Below are positions 46,747-58,648 of a stretch of DNA of 64,000 bases, one piece after another. The translations under genes were made by a program, and so were the position numbers. Position 1 is the stretch's first letter, and every line of letters begins with the position of its first letter. This stretch comes from a bacterium (GTDB taxonomy: Bacteria; Cyanobacteriota; Sericytochromatia; S15B-MN24; VGJW01), in NCBI GenBank assembly GCA_021781555.1, contig JAJXWQ010000007.1:529-64528 (forward strand). The letters run 5' to 3'. The notes beneath the pieces are model-generated. The model saw only the letters and a list, made by a program, of their open reading frames with translations. It was not told the DNA's origin and did not search any database.

Positions 46747-48054
46747 ATGACGATTTTTCGCTACGGAATTAGCCACGACGAGGCAAGCGTCTCGCTCCGC
46801 GAGCAGGTGGCGTTCTCGGGGAGCCAGATCCCCGAGGCCCTGGCCAGCCTGGCGGAGATTCCGGAGCTCCTCGAGGCGGCCCTACTCTCCACCTGCAACC
46901 GCACGGAATTCTACGCCGTTGCCGAGAGCGCAGAGGTGGCCCAGGAGTCCCTGGCGCGGTTCCTGGCCCGCCATCGCGGGCTGGAAGAGCGCTTCGTCGC
47001 CTCGCAATTCCACGGCCTGGCGGATCGCGACGCCGTGATCCATCTTCTGCGCGTGGCCGCCGGCCTCGAGTCGCAGATCCTGGGCGAGGGCCAGATCCTG
47101 GGGCAAGTCCGCGACGCGGCGGCCACAGCCAGGACCGCCGGCACGCTCGGTCCGGTCCTCGACGCGCTTTTTCGCCAGGCGGTCACCACGGGCAAGCGCG
47201 TCCGCACGGAAACCCCGATCAGCCAAGGTGCGGTGAGCGTCGGTGCGGCGGCGGTCGAGCTGGCGCGCCGCGAGCTCGACACCCTGACGGATCGCACGGT
47301 CCTGGTCCTCGGAACGGGCAAGATCGGCGAGGCGACGATCAAGCACCTGGTCGGGCAGGGCGTGCGCAAGTTGCTGGTCTCCAACCGCACGCTGGAGCTG
47401 GCCCAGTCATTGGCGCGTGATATCTCCTGCGAGGCGGTGCCGTTCCACGCAGTGGCGAGCGCCTTGGGCGAAGCCGATGTCGTGCTCTGCTGCACCGCGG
47501 CGCCCCACTACGTCCTCGAGGATTCGGACCTCGGCCCGGTGCTGACGGCCCGCGCCGGCAGGCCGCTGGTCATGGTCGACATCTCCGTGCCAAGGAACAT
47601 CGATCCCAGGATCGGGGGCCACGCCGGGGTGACCCTGTTCGATATCGACGCGCTATCCTCTCTGGCTGACCAGGCCCGCATCGAGCGCTTGAAGCAGGCC
47701 CCGGCCGCAGAGGCCATCGTTGCCGACGAGACCGAGAACTTCGATGGCTGGCAGCGCTCGTATCAGGCGGCGCCCACGATCGCCAGTCTTCGCGGCAAGC
47801 TCGATGCCATCCGGCAAGGGGAGCTCGACCGCTTCTTCGCGCGTCACGGCGACGGGCTGAGTCCCGAGCAGCAAGAGGCCGTCGCGCGCCTCACCCTTGC
47901 CATCACCAACAAGTTCCTGCACGAGCCGACGGTCGGCCTCAAGGCCCAGACCGGCGCCAAGCGCGAGGCTCACGCGCTGGCCATCCGCGACCTCTTTCAG
48001 CTCCAGGTGCCCGTCCGCCCGGCAGGTGGAGCGCCAGCTCCGGCGGGCACCTGA
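46747..48054 (+). CDS. hemA: glutamyl-tRNA reductase
   Basis: LSTCNRTEFY catalytic Cys motif and NADP-binding LGTGKIGE. Divergent from resB. Confidence 0.9.
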   Translation: MTIFRYGISHDEASVSLREQVAFSGSQIPEALASLAEIPELLEAALLSTCNRTEFYAVAESAEVAQESLARFLARHRGLEERFVASQFHGLADRDAVIHLLRVAAGLESQILGEGQILGQVRDAAATARTAGTLGPVLDALFRQAVTTGKRVRTETPISQGAVSVGAAAVELARRELDTLTDRTVLVLGTGKIGEATIKHLVGQGVRKLLVSNRTLELAQSLARDISCEAVPFHAVASALGEADVVLCCTAAPHYVLEDSDLGPVLTARAGRPLVMVDISVPRNIDPRIGGHAGVTLFDIDALSSLADQARIERLKQAPAAEAIVADETENFDGWQRSYQAAPTIASLRGKLDAIRQGELDRFFARHGDGLSPEQQEAVARLTLAITNKFLHEPTVGLKAQTGAKREAHALAIRDLFQLQVPVRPAGGAPAPAGT

Positions 48055-48115
48055 TCTCGCTCCCGAGCCGCCCCGTCTCGGCCTGATCGCTGCCAGGCCC
48101 CGGGCGCTCTGTTCT

Positions 48116-49303
48116 TCAGTAGTGGATGCCTGCCTGGCGGAGGCGATCCAGCGCCTCCTGGAGGACGGGCTCGTCGGCCACCAGACTGACCCGGAAGTAG
48201 CCCTCGCCGCCGTCGCCGAAGCCCGTTCCCGGGGTGAAGACGACCCCGGTGCGATCGATGGTATCCGCGACGAAGTCGTAAGCCTTCTGGCCGGGCGGGA
48301 CCGGGCACCAGACATACATCGTGGCCTTGGGCCGGATGACCGGGAACCCGAGCTGCGTCAGGCCGTCGACCACGACATCGCGGCGGCGTTGGTACAGCGC
48401 GACGAGCGCGTCCACATGGCTCTGGGGCAACGACAGCGCGAACTCGGCGGCATCCTGGATGGCGCCGAAAAGGCCGTAGTCCATGTTGGTCTTGACCCGG
48501 TAAAGCTGCTCGATGATCCGGGCGTTGCCGACGACGAAGCCCGTGCGCCAGCCGGCCATGTTGTAGGTCTTGGACATCGTATGGAACTCGACGCCGACGT
48601 CCTTCGCCCCGGGGATCTCGAGGAGGCTGGTGGGGCGGTAGCCATCGAAGGCAAGCTCCGCGTAGGCGAGGTCGTGGACGAGGATGAGGTCGCGCTTGCG
48701 GGCAAACGCAACCGTGTCCTCGTGGAACTCGCGCGGGGCGACCGCGGCCGTGGGGTTGTTGGGGAAGTTGTAGAACAGCATCCGGGCCCGCGCCAGCTGG
48801 CTGGCCGGCACCTCGGACCAGTCGGGCAAGAATTCCCGCGCCGGGCGCATCGGCACCAGCGCCAGCTCGCCTCCGGCGAGCAGCGTCCCGCGGTGGTGCA
48901 CCGGATAGCTGGGGTCGGGCGCGATGGTGACGTCGCCCGGATTGATGAACGCCAGGGCCAGCTTGGCCAGGCCTTCCTTGGAGCCGATGAGGGGCAGGAC
49001 CTCGCTGCGGGGGTCGAGATCGACGCCATAGCGTCGGCCGTACCAGTCGGCGATCGCCTTGCGGAAGCTCTCCTTGCCCTTGAAGCCGGGGTAGCGATGG
49101 TTGGAAGGGTCGCGCAGGGCGGCGATCATCCGCTCCACGACTTCCGGGGGGGTGGGCTGGTCGGGCGATCCGATGCCCAGATCGATGCACTTGAGGCCCT
49201 TTTTCTCGGCTGCCGCGCGGAGTACCTCGAGCTGTGCGGTTGCGTATGGCGGAATACCCGCCAGGCGGTTCGCGATGGCGAAGCGATCGATGGTGGAGGT
49301 CAT
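48116..49303 (-). CDS. PLP-dependent class I aminotransferase (LL-DAP/aspartate aminotransferase-like)
   Basis: PLP Lys motif (FHTMSKTYNMAGWR). ATG with AAGGAGA upstream. Confidence 0.8.
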   Translation of the reverse strand: MTSTIDRFAIANRLAGIPPYATAQLEVLRAAAEKKGLKCIDLGIGSPDQPTPPEVVERMIAALRDPSNHRYPGFKGKESFRKAIADWYGRRYGVDLDPRSEVLPLIGSKEGLAKLALAFINPGDVTIAPDPSYPVHHRGTLLAGGELALVPMRPAREFLPDWSEVPASQLARARMLFYNFPNNPTAAVAPREFHEDTVAFARKRDLILVHDLAYAELAFDGYRPTSLLEIPGAKDVGVEFHTMSKTYNMAGWRTGFVVGNARIIEQLYRVKTNMDYGLFGAIQDAAEFALSLPQSHVDALVALYQRRRDVVVDGLTQLGFPVIRPKATMYVWCPVPPGQKAYDFVADTIDRTGVVFTPGTGFGDGGEGYFRVSLVADEPVLQEALDRLRQAGIHY

Positions 49304-49386
49304 GGAGGTCTCCTTGTGAGCGCCTGGCAATTCGGCGCCGGGAATGCGAGGGGTTTACAAACTCGAATCCAAGGCTGGCAGGTGCG

Positions 49387-50499
49387 CTAGCGAAGCGCTT
49401 CCTGGCGATGTTCTGCCAGGGTGCGCCGCGCGAGGGCGTCAGCCTCCAGGATGGCGCGACCCAGGGTATGGGCATCGACGGCCACGGGAAGGCGGTGAAG
49501 GGTGGAATCAGGGGCCATCGCGACCGCGACGGCGCGATCCAGGGCGGCCCGGGTGTCGGGCAGGCCCAGGGACTCCAGCGTGAGCGGGAGTCGGAGGTCC
49601 GCCAGGAAGGCGATGAACTCCTCGATCTCGGAAAGGTCGCGGTCCTGCAGGACGAACTGAACCAGCAGGCCGAACGCGACCTTCTCGCCGTGGAGGCTGC
49701 AAGAGGCACCCGGAAGATGGGTCAGACCGTTGGCCACGGCGTGGGCTGCCACGCTGCGGCACATCGAACCGCCCAGGCCGCTGACGGCGCCGGTGAGGAT
49801 CACATTCAGATCGGCGACGCGGACCCCTGCGGCGCGGTCTCCCGACAGCGCGGCCTTGGCGTGCCGGACCAGCTGCTTGTGGAGGTGATGGCTGAGCTCG
49901 ACCGCCCCGGTCGACGTGGCGTCGGCGGATCCGAGGTCCACCGCCGAATCCGATTCATACCATTTGGCCATGGCATCGGCGACACCGGCCGCCAGCAGCC
50001 GCACGGGCGCGTCGAGAACCAGGCCGTGATCCAGGAAAACCGCCCGGGGACCCTGCTCCAGCGGAACTCCATAGAGCCACCCGCCCTCGTCGCTGTAGAC
50101 GTTGGAGAGCGCGGTCCACGCCGCGCAGGTGGCGGCACTGGTCGGAACCATGTAAGCCGGGACCTCGAGACGATGGGCCGCGAGCTTGGCCGCGTCGAGG
50201 GCCTTGCCGCCCCCTACGCCCACGATGGCATCGACCCCGCGGGCTTCGAAGCACAGGCTCTCCAGCGTGCTCTCGGATACCTGCTTCCCGTAGAAGAGCA
50301 CCTCAGTCGCGACCCCGGCGGTCGACAAGGTCGACTCCACGGCCGTCGCAGCCGCTCTCCAGGCCGTCGCTCCGGTTACGATCGCCACGCGCGAAGCCGT
50401 TCGACTGACAGCGGGCCCGAGATCCGCCAGCACGCCGTTTCCGCCGTAAACGCGCGCGGGGCCGACGGTCAGCAGCCGCGGATCAGGATCCTGTCGCAT
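49387..50499 (-). CDS. iron-containing alcohol dehydrogenase / glycerol dehydrogenase-family protein
   Basis: GGGKALDAAK NAD-binding motif and conserved His cluster (HAVANGLTHL). Confidence 0.75.
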   Translation of the reverse strand: MRQDPDPRLLTVGPARVYGGNGVLADLGPAVSRTASRVAIVTGATAWRAAATAVESTLSTAGVATEVLFYGKQVSESTLESLCFEARGVDAIVGVGGGKALDAAKLAAHRLEVPAYMVPTSAATCAAWTALSNVYSDEGGWLYGVPLEQGPRAVFLDHGLVLDAPVRLLAAGVADAMAKWYESDSAVDLGSADATSTGAVELSHHLHKQLVRHAKAALSGDRAAGVRVADLNVILTGAVSGLGGSMCRSVAAHAVANGLTHLPGASCSLHGEKVAFGLLVQFVLQDRDLSEIEEFIAFLADLRLPLTLESLGLPDTRAALDRAVAVAMAPDSTLHRLPVAVDAHTLGRAILEADALARRTLAEHRQEALR

Positions 50500-50713
50500 G
50501 CAATGCCCCCGGACGTCGTCGCAGTCCAAACGCTGTCATTGTAACACTTGCCCGGCGCCCGACGCGCGTTCTGGAGGGCGCCGCGGCGGGCCCCTTCCGC
50601 GACGCGACACGCCCCGCACGGCGGGGATGCGCCGAAAGTTCCCGGAGCGACGAGGCCGTAAATCCGACACCGCCAGCGGCTGGCAGCAGGCGCAGGTAGT
50701 CCTTTCCTGGTAA

Positions 50714-52726
<2,013 letters not shown>

Positions 52727-52875
52727 CGCGGTTTCGCCGCGCAGGGACGGGCTGAAGGAGTCAAACCGGGACCGGTTGCGCAGCGCAGGGACGGGCTGAA
52801 GGAGTCAAACCGGGACCGGTTGCGCAGCGCAGGGACCGCGCAGTGGGATCCGTTCGGGCGGCAAAAAATCTAAAA
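52727..52875 (+). repeat. variant repeat related to the MITE/REP family, with an internal 47-bp tandem duplication
   Basis: gcgcagggacgggctgaaggagtcaaaccgggaccggttgcgcagc x2; shares the gagtcaaacSggg.ccggttgcgcagcg core. Lies between the convergent gyrB and MTase stops. Confidence 0.7.
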
Positions 52876-53964
52876 AACGGGCCGACGGATCGTCTCGGCC
52901 AGCTCGCCGTCCCCGGCCCGGGCGACGTCGTCGCGAGACAGGCGCCGAGCCGCGGTCTCGATGGCCGCCGGGCTCCGGTCGATCCCGATCCAGCGGCGGC
53001 CCAGGCGCTCGGCTGCCAGCAACGTCGTGCCGGATCCGCAAAAGGGATCGATGACCAGGTCGCCCGGGTGGGTCGTCATCGTGACGATCCGCTCGAGGAG
53101 AGCCAGCGGCTTCTGGGTGGGGTAACCGGTGGCTTCCGCGTAGCGAGGGCTGTTCCGGATCTCGGGGATGTCCGCCCAGACCGAGCGCAGCAGCGATCCC
53201 TGCATCACGAAGGCGATCTCGTCGTCCTGCGGGGGCCGCTGATGCTGCCGGATGAAGCGCCGCTGCAGCCGCGCGTGGGTCTGGCCCTCGCGCCGGATGC
53301 GGCCGAAGGGCACGCGGCCCTCGGCGTCGGCGTAGTGGCCCCACCTGCGGATCATGGGGTCCGAGACCTTGGCGCCACGAGGCGGGTTGAAGACATGATC
53401 CGGGCCATTCGCGTACCAGAGCAGGACATCGTGCTTGCGGGGCAGATGGCGCCGGACGCTCGTGAGGGCACCGCCTTGATAGAACCAGACGATCTCGTTG
53501 AGAAAGCGTCCGAAGACCTCGTCCATGACCAGCTTGACCGCGTGGGATGCGTGGTGATCGAGGTGGACGATGACGGTGCCATCGGCAGCGAGCACGCGTC
53601 GCACCAGGACCAGGCGCTCGTAGAGCATCTGGATATAGGCATCCGGCGCCAGATCGTCACGATAGGCGTCCACCCCGCCCATCTTGAAGGCGTCCCCCGT
53701 CATGAAGGGCGGATCGAGATAGACGAGGCGAGCCTTGCGCCCGGTCAGGCCTGCCAGGGCTGCGAGGTTGTCCCCGTGAACCAGCAGCGGTTCGCCCGCC
53801 GGAAGGGCCAGCGGCTCGACTGCCGGCTCGCGCCTACCTTCCCACGCGAGGCGCATGCCCGACCTCTTGGCTCCTGCCGGAAGATTCGATCCGCATGCCA
53901 GCATCGTAATCAGGAGAAGGATCCGGTCAAGCGGGCTCCCGGGTAGGGCAGGCGCAACGCGCAC
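52870..53964 (-). CDS. beta-class N6-adenine/N4-cytosine DNA methyltransferase (orphan)
   Basis: Motif IV VYLDPPF comes before motif I VIDPFCGSGTT, the circular permutation typical of the beta class (CcrM/M.RsrI-like). No restriction-enzyme-like neighbour. Confidence 0.85.
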   Translation of the reverse strand: MRVAPALPGSPLDRILLLITMLACGSNLPAGAKRSGMRLAWEGRREPAVEPLALPAGEPLLVHGDNLAALAGLTGRKARLVYLDPPFMTGDAFKMGGVDAYRDDLAPDAYIQMLYERLVLVRRVLAADGTVIVHLDHHASHAVKLVMDEVFGRFLNEIVWFYQGGALTSVRRHLPRKHDVLLWYANGPDHVFNPPRGAKVSDPMIRRWGHYADAEGRVPFGRIRREGQTHARLQRRFIRQHQRPPQDDEIAFVMQGSLLRSVWADIPEIRNSPRYAEATGYPTQKPLALLERIVTMTTHPGDLVIDPFCGSGTTLLAAERLGRRWIGIDRSPAAIETAARRLSRDDVARAGDGELAETIRRPVF

Positions 53965-53968
53965 CAGG

Positions 53969-54514
53969 CTAGGACGGCTCGGGCGGATGCTCCCGGCTCC
54001 CGGCGTCGTCCGGTTGCGACCCGCCCCCGGGGCGATCCGGCGCCGGGCTGCCGCTGGCGAATTCCGGGTGCCCGGCCCAGCTAAGGGGCGGGACCTCGAA
54101 GATGGGGCCGCTCCTCGCGATGGCGCTGACGATGCTGCTGACCAGGAGCAGGCCGCCGGCAGCGATGGTCAGACTCTGGTAGAGGCCTGCCGAGAACAGC
54201 ACCCCCACGATGACGGTCGCGGCACCCATGGCGCCGGTCAGCCAGGAGAAAATGGCGGGCTGGTGGTTCCACGCGCGCGCGGCGCACAGCAACTGGGCGA
54301 CGAATCCCACCGCGACGTCGACGATGAGGACGGGCCAGTACGGAAAGCTGACGCCGAGGCCCGGGGTGCCGAAGAGGGTCCAGCATGGCATCCAGAGCCC
54401 CATGAGGAAGAGCCACGTTGCCGCCAAGACCCCGACCTCGGCTGCCCGCAACGCCCAGAGCCTCCGGCGGTCCAGCCGCGCCCTGCCGCCGGTTTGCGAA
54501 TCCACCTGCGCCAT
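53969..54514 (-). CDS. hypothetical 4-TM membrane protein
   Basis: Hydrophobic helices. ORF trimmed to an internal ATG (MAQVDSQ). Confidence 0.35.
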   Translation of the reverse strand: MAQVDSQTGGRARLDRRRLWALRAAEVGVLAATWLFLMGLWMPCWTLFGTPGLGVSFPYWPVLIVDVAVGFVAQLLCAARAWNHQPAIFSWLTGAMGAATVIVGVLFSAGLYQSLTIAAGGLLLVSSIVSAIARSGPIFEVPPLSWAGHPEFASGSPAPDRPGGGSQPDDAGSREHPPEPS

Positions 54515-54552
54515 CGTTCCCGCCCCTTCGAAAAAGGCCTGCCGGGCCGCCC

Positions 54553-54978
54553 TCAACGCTCGATCGGATCGAAGAATCTTTCGTGCTCGATGCGTCCCGG
54601 TGCGCCGAGCGCCGTCCACGTGCCGACGAAGACCAGCGCCAGCCCGACCCCGATCTCGGCCCAGCAGATACCGAGCGGGACTTGCGTGAACACGCTGGGA
54701 TCAACCCCGAAGGCACGGGGCGCAAACCAGGAGTAAACCCCCAGCCCGAGCACCACCAGGCTCGCCCAGTTCGCCAGTCCGATCCACAGTCGACCTGCCA
54801 TCAACACGACCGTCAGGGCGCCGACGCCGAGGGTCGACCAGGCCAGACCCGTGGCTGGCCCGATCAAGAAGACGCCCAGGGCGATCGCGCCCAACCCGGC
54901 CAGGATGCCGAACCCAGCTGCGAAGTTGCTCCGGTAGGTCCCCGGTTCCTCGACGATGTCCTGGTGCTGGAAAGTCAC
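54553..54978 (-). CDS. hypothetical 4-TM membrane protein (paralogous in style to the upstream gene)
   Basis: GTG start with GGGAGGA upstream (MTFQHQDIV...). The Arg-rich translation upstream of it in the ORF-track frame is non-coding-like. Confidence 0.4.
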   Translation of the reverse strand: MTFQHQDIVEEPGTYRSNFAAGFGILAGLGAIALGVFLIGPATGLAWSTLGVGALTVVLMAGRLWIGLANWASLVVLGLGVYSWFAPRAFGVDPSVFTQVPLGICWAEIGVGLALVFVGTWTALGAPGRIEHERFFDPIER

Positions 54979-55303
54979 GAGCGTCCTCCCTGCCGAACCC
55001 CGCGCAGGTCCGCTTGGCCGGATCGCCGCTACCGGTAGCGGCCCCAGCTCGAGCCGTCGTCCTCTTTGGAGTCTCCCTCGATTCAAAGCCTGGCCCCGAG
55101 TTCGCCCGATTTGAAGGGAGGATCGGCCCCCATGTTTCGAATTGTAACACACCAAGCTGACCCGGAGACGATGGTGGATCCGGCGGTAGCGCGCCGGTCG
55201 TCGGCCCGCGGACGATTCATCGACGCCTCGATCGCCGGACGAGTCCCGGGCGACGGGCAAGGCTGCCACACGAAACCGCCCAGAACCGGTAAAATCACCG
55301 AAA

Positions 55304-55930
55304 GTGAGCTCCAAGCCCAGTCCCAAGCACCGACCGACGCGCCGCCGTAGTTCATTGCCCGGCGCGCTTTATTGGCTGGTGTTCATCGCGTGTGCGGGGG
55401 CCTCTTTCGGGCTGGGCTTCTGGTTCACCTATCGCTACACCAGCGACGTCGATGTCCGCGGCCCCCAGGAGGCCGCCGCGCCTCCGCTGGTGCCCCTGGC
55501 GACGCCAGTGCCCCTGGTGACGCCGCAACCGGTCGCGACGCCGCAGGATCTCTTCGCGGTCGGCCCCGACAGCACCCCTACCCCCTTCCCGGCGTCGACG
55601 CCCGAGCCGCTGCCGCCCACCCCGGTACCGGTCGCAGCTCAGCAGCTTCCGGTCCAGACCCCATATCCCGAGGCGACCGAGCAGGTCGACGAGCCCACCC
55701 CCGAGCCGACCGTCGAGGACGTCTACCGCGTGCAAGTGGGCTCCTACGACAACCGGGAGGATGCCGAGTCGATGGTGCAGGAGCTCCTCAACAACGGTAT
55801 CGAAGCTGTCGTGGTCTACGATCAGAGCCAGTACCATGCTCAGATCGGTGCGTACAACAGCAGGGAACGGGCCCTGGCCGTTGCCGACGAGGTCAATGCC
55901 AAGGGTTACGAGGTCACGATACGCCACTAG
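55304..55930 (+). CDS. SPOR-domain (septal peptidoglycan-binding) protein
   Basis: N-terminal TM anchor, Pro/Thr-rich linker and a C-terminal SPOR fold (YRVQVGSYDNREDAESMVQEL...AQIGAYNSRERALAV). Confidence 0.7.
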   Translation: MSSKPSPKHRPTRRRSSLPGALYWLVFIACAGASFGLGFWFTYRYTSDVDVRGPQEAAAPPLVPLATPVPLVTPQPVATPQDLFAVGPDSTPTPFPASTPEPLPPTPVPVAAQQLPVQTPYPEATEQVDEPTPEPTVEDVYRVQVGSYDNREDAESMVQELLNNGIEAVVVYDQSQYHAQIGAYNSRERALAVADEVNAKGYEVTIRH

Positions 55931-56138
55931 AGTGCTGCCGGTTTGAATGGATCGAGCCCGATGAGTCAAACGGGGCCCGGTTGCGCAGCGAAGCGACCGC
56001 GCAGAGGGACCCGTTCAAACTGCAAAAGGTCTAGAGTGCTGCCGGTTTGACTGGATCGAGCCCGATGAGTCAAACGGGGCCCGGTTGCGCAGCGAAGCGA
56101 CCGCGCAGAGGGACCCGTTCAAACTGCAAAAGGTCTAG
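55927..56138 (+). repeat. tandem dimer of the CTAG-bounded MITE/REP-like element
   Basis: Two 104-bp units sharing CTAG junctions. The first CTAG includes the SPOR gene stop codon. Confidence 0.85.
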
Positions 56139-56249
56139 AGCGGTTCCGCACCGCAAGAGTTCCAGGCGCCCTGGCGCTCCGGTCCTGGCAGCGCGTTTCG
56201 CGCTAGAATTAGAGATCCAACAACCCTACCCCGACAGGAGGACGACGCG

Positions 56250-57605
56250 ATGGCCCAGGCCGTGCAGACCGACGTGATGGACAAGGTGGTCTCGCTGTGC
56301 AAGCGCCGCGGGATCATCGTGCAGTCGAGCGAGATCTACGGCGGCCTGGCTTCGTGCTGGGACTACGGGCCGTACGGGGTGCTGCTGAAGAACAACGTCA
56401 AGCAGGCCTGGTGGCGATCGGTGGTCACAGAACGCGACGACATGGTCGGCCTCGACGCCGCGATCTTGATGCGCCCCGAGGTCTGGGTGGCCTCGGGACA
56501 CGTGGAGACCTTTCACGATCCCCTGGTCGATTGCAAGAGCTGCAAGAAGCGTTTTCGCGCCGACCACGTGGCCGGACCCAGGTGTCCCGAATGCGGTGGC
56601 GAGCTGACGGACGCCCGCAACTTCAACTTGATGTTCAAGACCTTCATGGGCCCCGTCGAGGAGTCGTCCGCGGCCATCTACCTGCGACCCGAGACGGCCC
56701 AGGGCATGTTCGTCAACTTCAAGAACGTGATGACGGCGACCCGACGCCGGCCACCCTTCGGGATCGCGCAGATCGGCAAGGCGTTCCGCAACGAGATCAC
56801 GCCCGGGAACTTCACCTTCCGCACCCGCGAGTTCGAGCAGATGGAGATCGAGTACTTTTGCCCGCCCGATGAGGCCGACGCCCTCTGGGAACGCTGGGTC
56901 GCCGATCGCTTCGACTGGTACATCAAGCTCGGCATCCATCCGGACAACCTCAAGAAGCGGCCGCAGAGCAAGGATGAGCTCGCTCACTATGCCCGGGCCA
57001 CGACCGACATCGAGTACCGCTTCCCGTTCGGCTGGGCCGAGCTCGAGGGGATCGCCAACCGCGTGGACTTCGACCTCAAGCAGCATAGCCAGCACAGCGG
57101 CCAGGATCTCTCCTTCTTCGACGAGGAGACCAAGGTCCACTATTTGCCGTACGTCGTCGAGCCATCCGCCGGGGCGGATCGCGCCACCCTGGCCTTCCTG
57201 GTCGACGCCTTCGAGGAGGAGGTCGACGACAAGGGCGAGGCCCGCACGGTGCTGCACCTGCATCCCAGCCTGGCGCCGATCAAGGTCGCCGTCTTGCCGC
57301 TCTCCAAGAAACCCGAGCTCGTCGGCCCGGCCCGCAAGATCTTCGACGCCCTGCGCGCGCGCTGGTCTGCCGAGATGGACGTGACGGGATCCATTGGCAA
57401 GCGTTACCGGCGGCAGGACGAGATCGGCACCCCGTTCTGCCTGACCCTGGACTTCGCCAGCCTGGAGGATCGCTCCGTGACGATCCGAGATCGCGACCGG
57501 ATGACCCAGGATCGCGTGAAGATCGAGGCTGTGATCGACTACCTGGCCGAACGCATCGAACCCCGGCGCCCGCAGCTCGAGAGTCACGACGTTTTCGGGG
57601 GATAG
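56250..57605 (+). CDS. glyQS: glycine--tRNA ligase, dimeric alpha2 type
   Basis: Class II aaRS motifs and the anticodon-binding C-terminus, like GlyQS of Actinobacteria and Deinococcus-Thermus. Confidence 0.95.
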   Translation: MAQAVQTDVMDKVVSLCKRRGIIVQSSEIYGGLASCWDYGPYGVLLKNNVKQAWWRSVVTERDDMVGLDAAILMRPEVWVASGHVETFHDPLVDCKSCKKRFRADHVAGPRCPECGGELTDARNFNLMFKTFMGPVEESSAAIYLRPETAQGMFVNFKNVMTATRRRPPFGIAQIGKAFRNEITPGNFTFRTREFEQMEIEYFCPPDEADALWERWVADRFDWYIKLGIHPDNLKKRPQSKDELAHYARATTDIEYRFPFGWAELEGIANRVDFDLKQHSQHSGQDLSFFDEETKVHYLPYVVEPSAGADRATLAFLVDAFEEEVDDKGEARTVLHLHPSLAPIKVAVLPLSKKPELVGPARKIFDALRARWSAEMDVTGSIGKRYRRQDEIGTPFCLTLDFASLEDRSVTIRDRDRMTQDRVKIEAVIDYLAERIEPRRPQLESHDVFGG

Positions 57606-57744
57606 AAGGCGGTCAGCCCCTCCCCCTGGCGTCGAGGGAGCCGTTCAAACCCAAGACGATACCGGGTTCGGCTCTGGCGACTCCGGTCCTCACGGTGGCC
57701 TGGCAGTTCGTTGGAGCACCCGGGCGGGTATAGCGTTCTCGACC

Positions 57745-58635
57745 ATGCGTCGTTTTGCCTCTTTGCTCTTCGTTACTTTCTGGGCGCTCCTGTTCGCGCT
57801 CGGGCAAAACGCGCTCGCCTATCGTCCGCCCATCTTGCGGATCGGCTTCATCCCATCCGAGAACTCCCAGGAGATCACGCGCCAGGTGAGGCCGCTGATC
57901 GCATACCTCCACCACGCGCTCGGCATCAGCGTGACGGCGTTCGTTCCTACCGACTATCCAGGCGTCATCGAGGCCATGCGAAGCCACATGGTCGATGCCG
58001 CCTTCCTCTCGCCCGGGGCGTTCGTCGTGACCGAGAACGAGTGCAAGAGGCTCAAGCGGCCGTTCTTCATCAAGCCCCTCCTCAAGGTCGTCCGCTACGG
58101 TCGCGACACCTACTACTCGGCGATCATCGTCAGGGCGGACTCCGGCATCCACACGCTCGCTCAGCTGCGAGGCAAGCGGTTCGCATTCGGCGATCCCGAG
58201 AGCATGGCCGGATCCCTGTTCGCCAAGGTCATGCTCAGGAAGGCCGGGATCGATCCCAAGCGGGACCTCAAGCTTTTGCCACCTGGCGGCCACGATGCGA
58301 CGGTCATGGCCGTGTTCAACCACCAAGCCGATGCCGGCGCGGTTTTTTCCGACGATCCCAAGGGCAAGGTGGGCGCCTGGACGCTCTTCCTCAAGACGCC
58401 CGCTGAAAGACGCCAGATCGTCCCCATCGCCTTCTCCCGCCCCATCCCCGACGACATGTTCTGCGTCCGCAACGACCTCGACCCCAGGATGAGCCAGGCC
58501 CTCGAGCACAGTCTCGAGCGCCTGTCCGCGACGGCCTGGGGTCGCAATCTCCTTCACCGGGTCTACGACATCGACGGGTTCACGCTCGCCCATTCGTCCG
58601 ACTACGATTCGGTGAGGGAGGCGCTGCGCCACTAG
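57745..58635 (+). CDS. phnD: phosphonate/phosphite ABC transporter substrate-binding protein
   Basis: Signal peptide and PhnD-family similarity. Confidence 0.8.
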   Translation: MRRFASLLFVTFWALLFALGQNALAYRPPILRIGFIPSENSQEITRQVRPLIAYLHHALGISVTAFVPTDYPGVIEAMRSHMVDAAFLSPGAFVVTENECKRLKRPFFIKPLLKVVRYGRDTYYSAIIVRADSGIHTLAQLRGKRFAFGDPESMAGSLFAKVMLRKAGIDPKRDLKLLPPGGHDATVMAVFNHQADAGAVFSDDPKGKVGAWTLFLKTPAERRQIVPIAFSRPIPDDMFCVRNDLDPRMSQALEHSLERLSATAWGRNLLHRVYDIDGFTLAHSSDYDSVREALRH

Positions 58636-58648
58636 AAACGAGAGTCCC

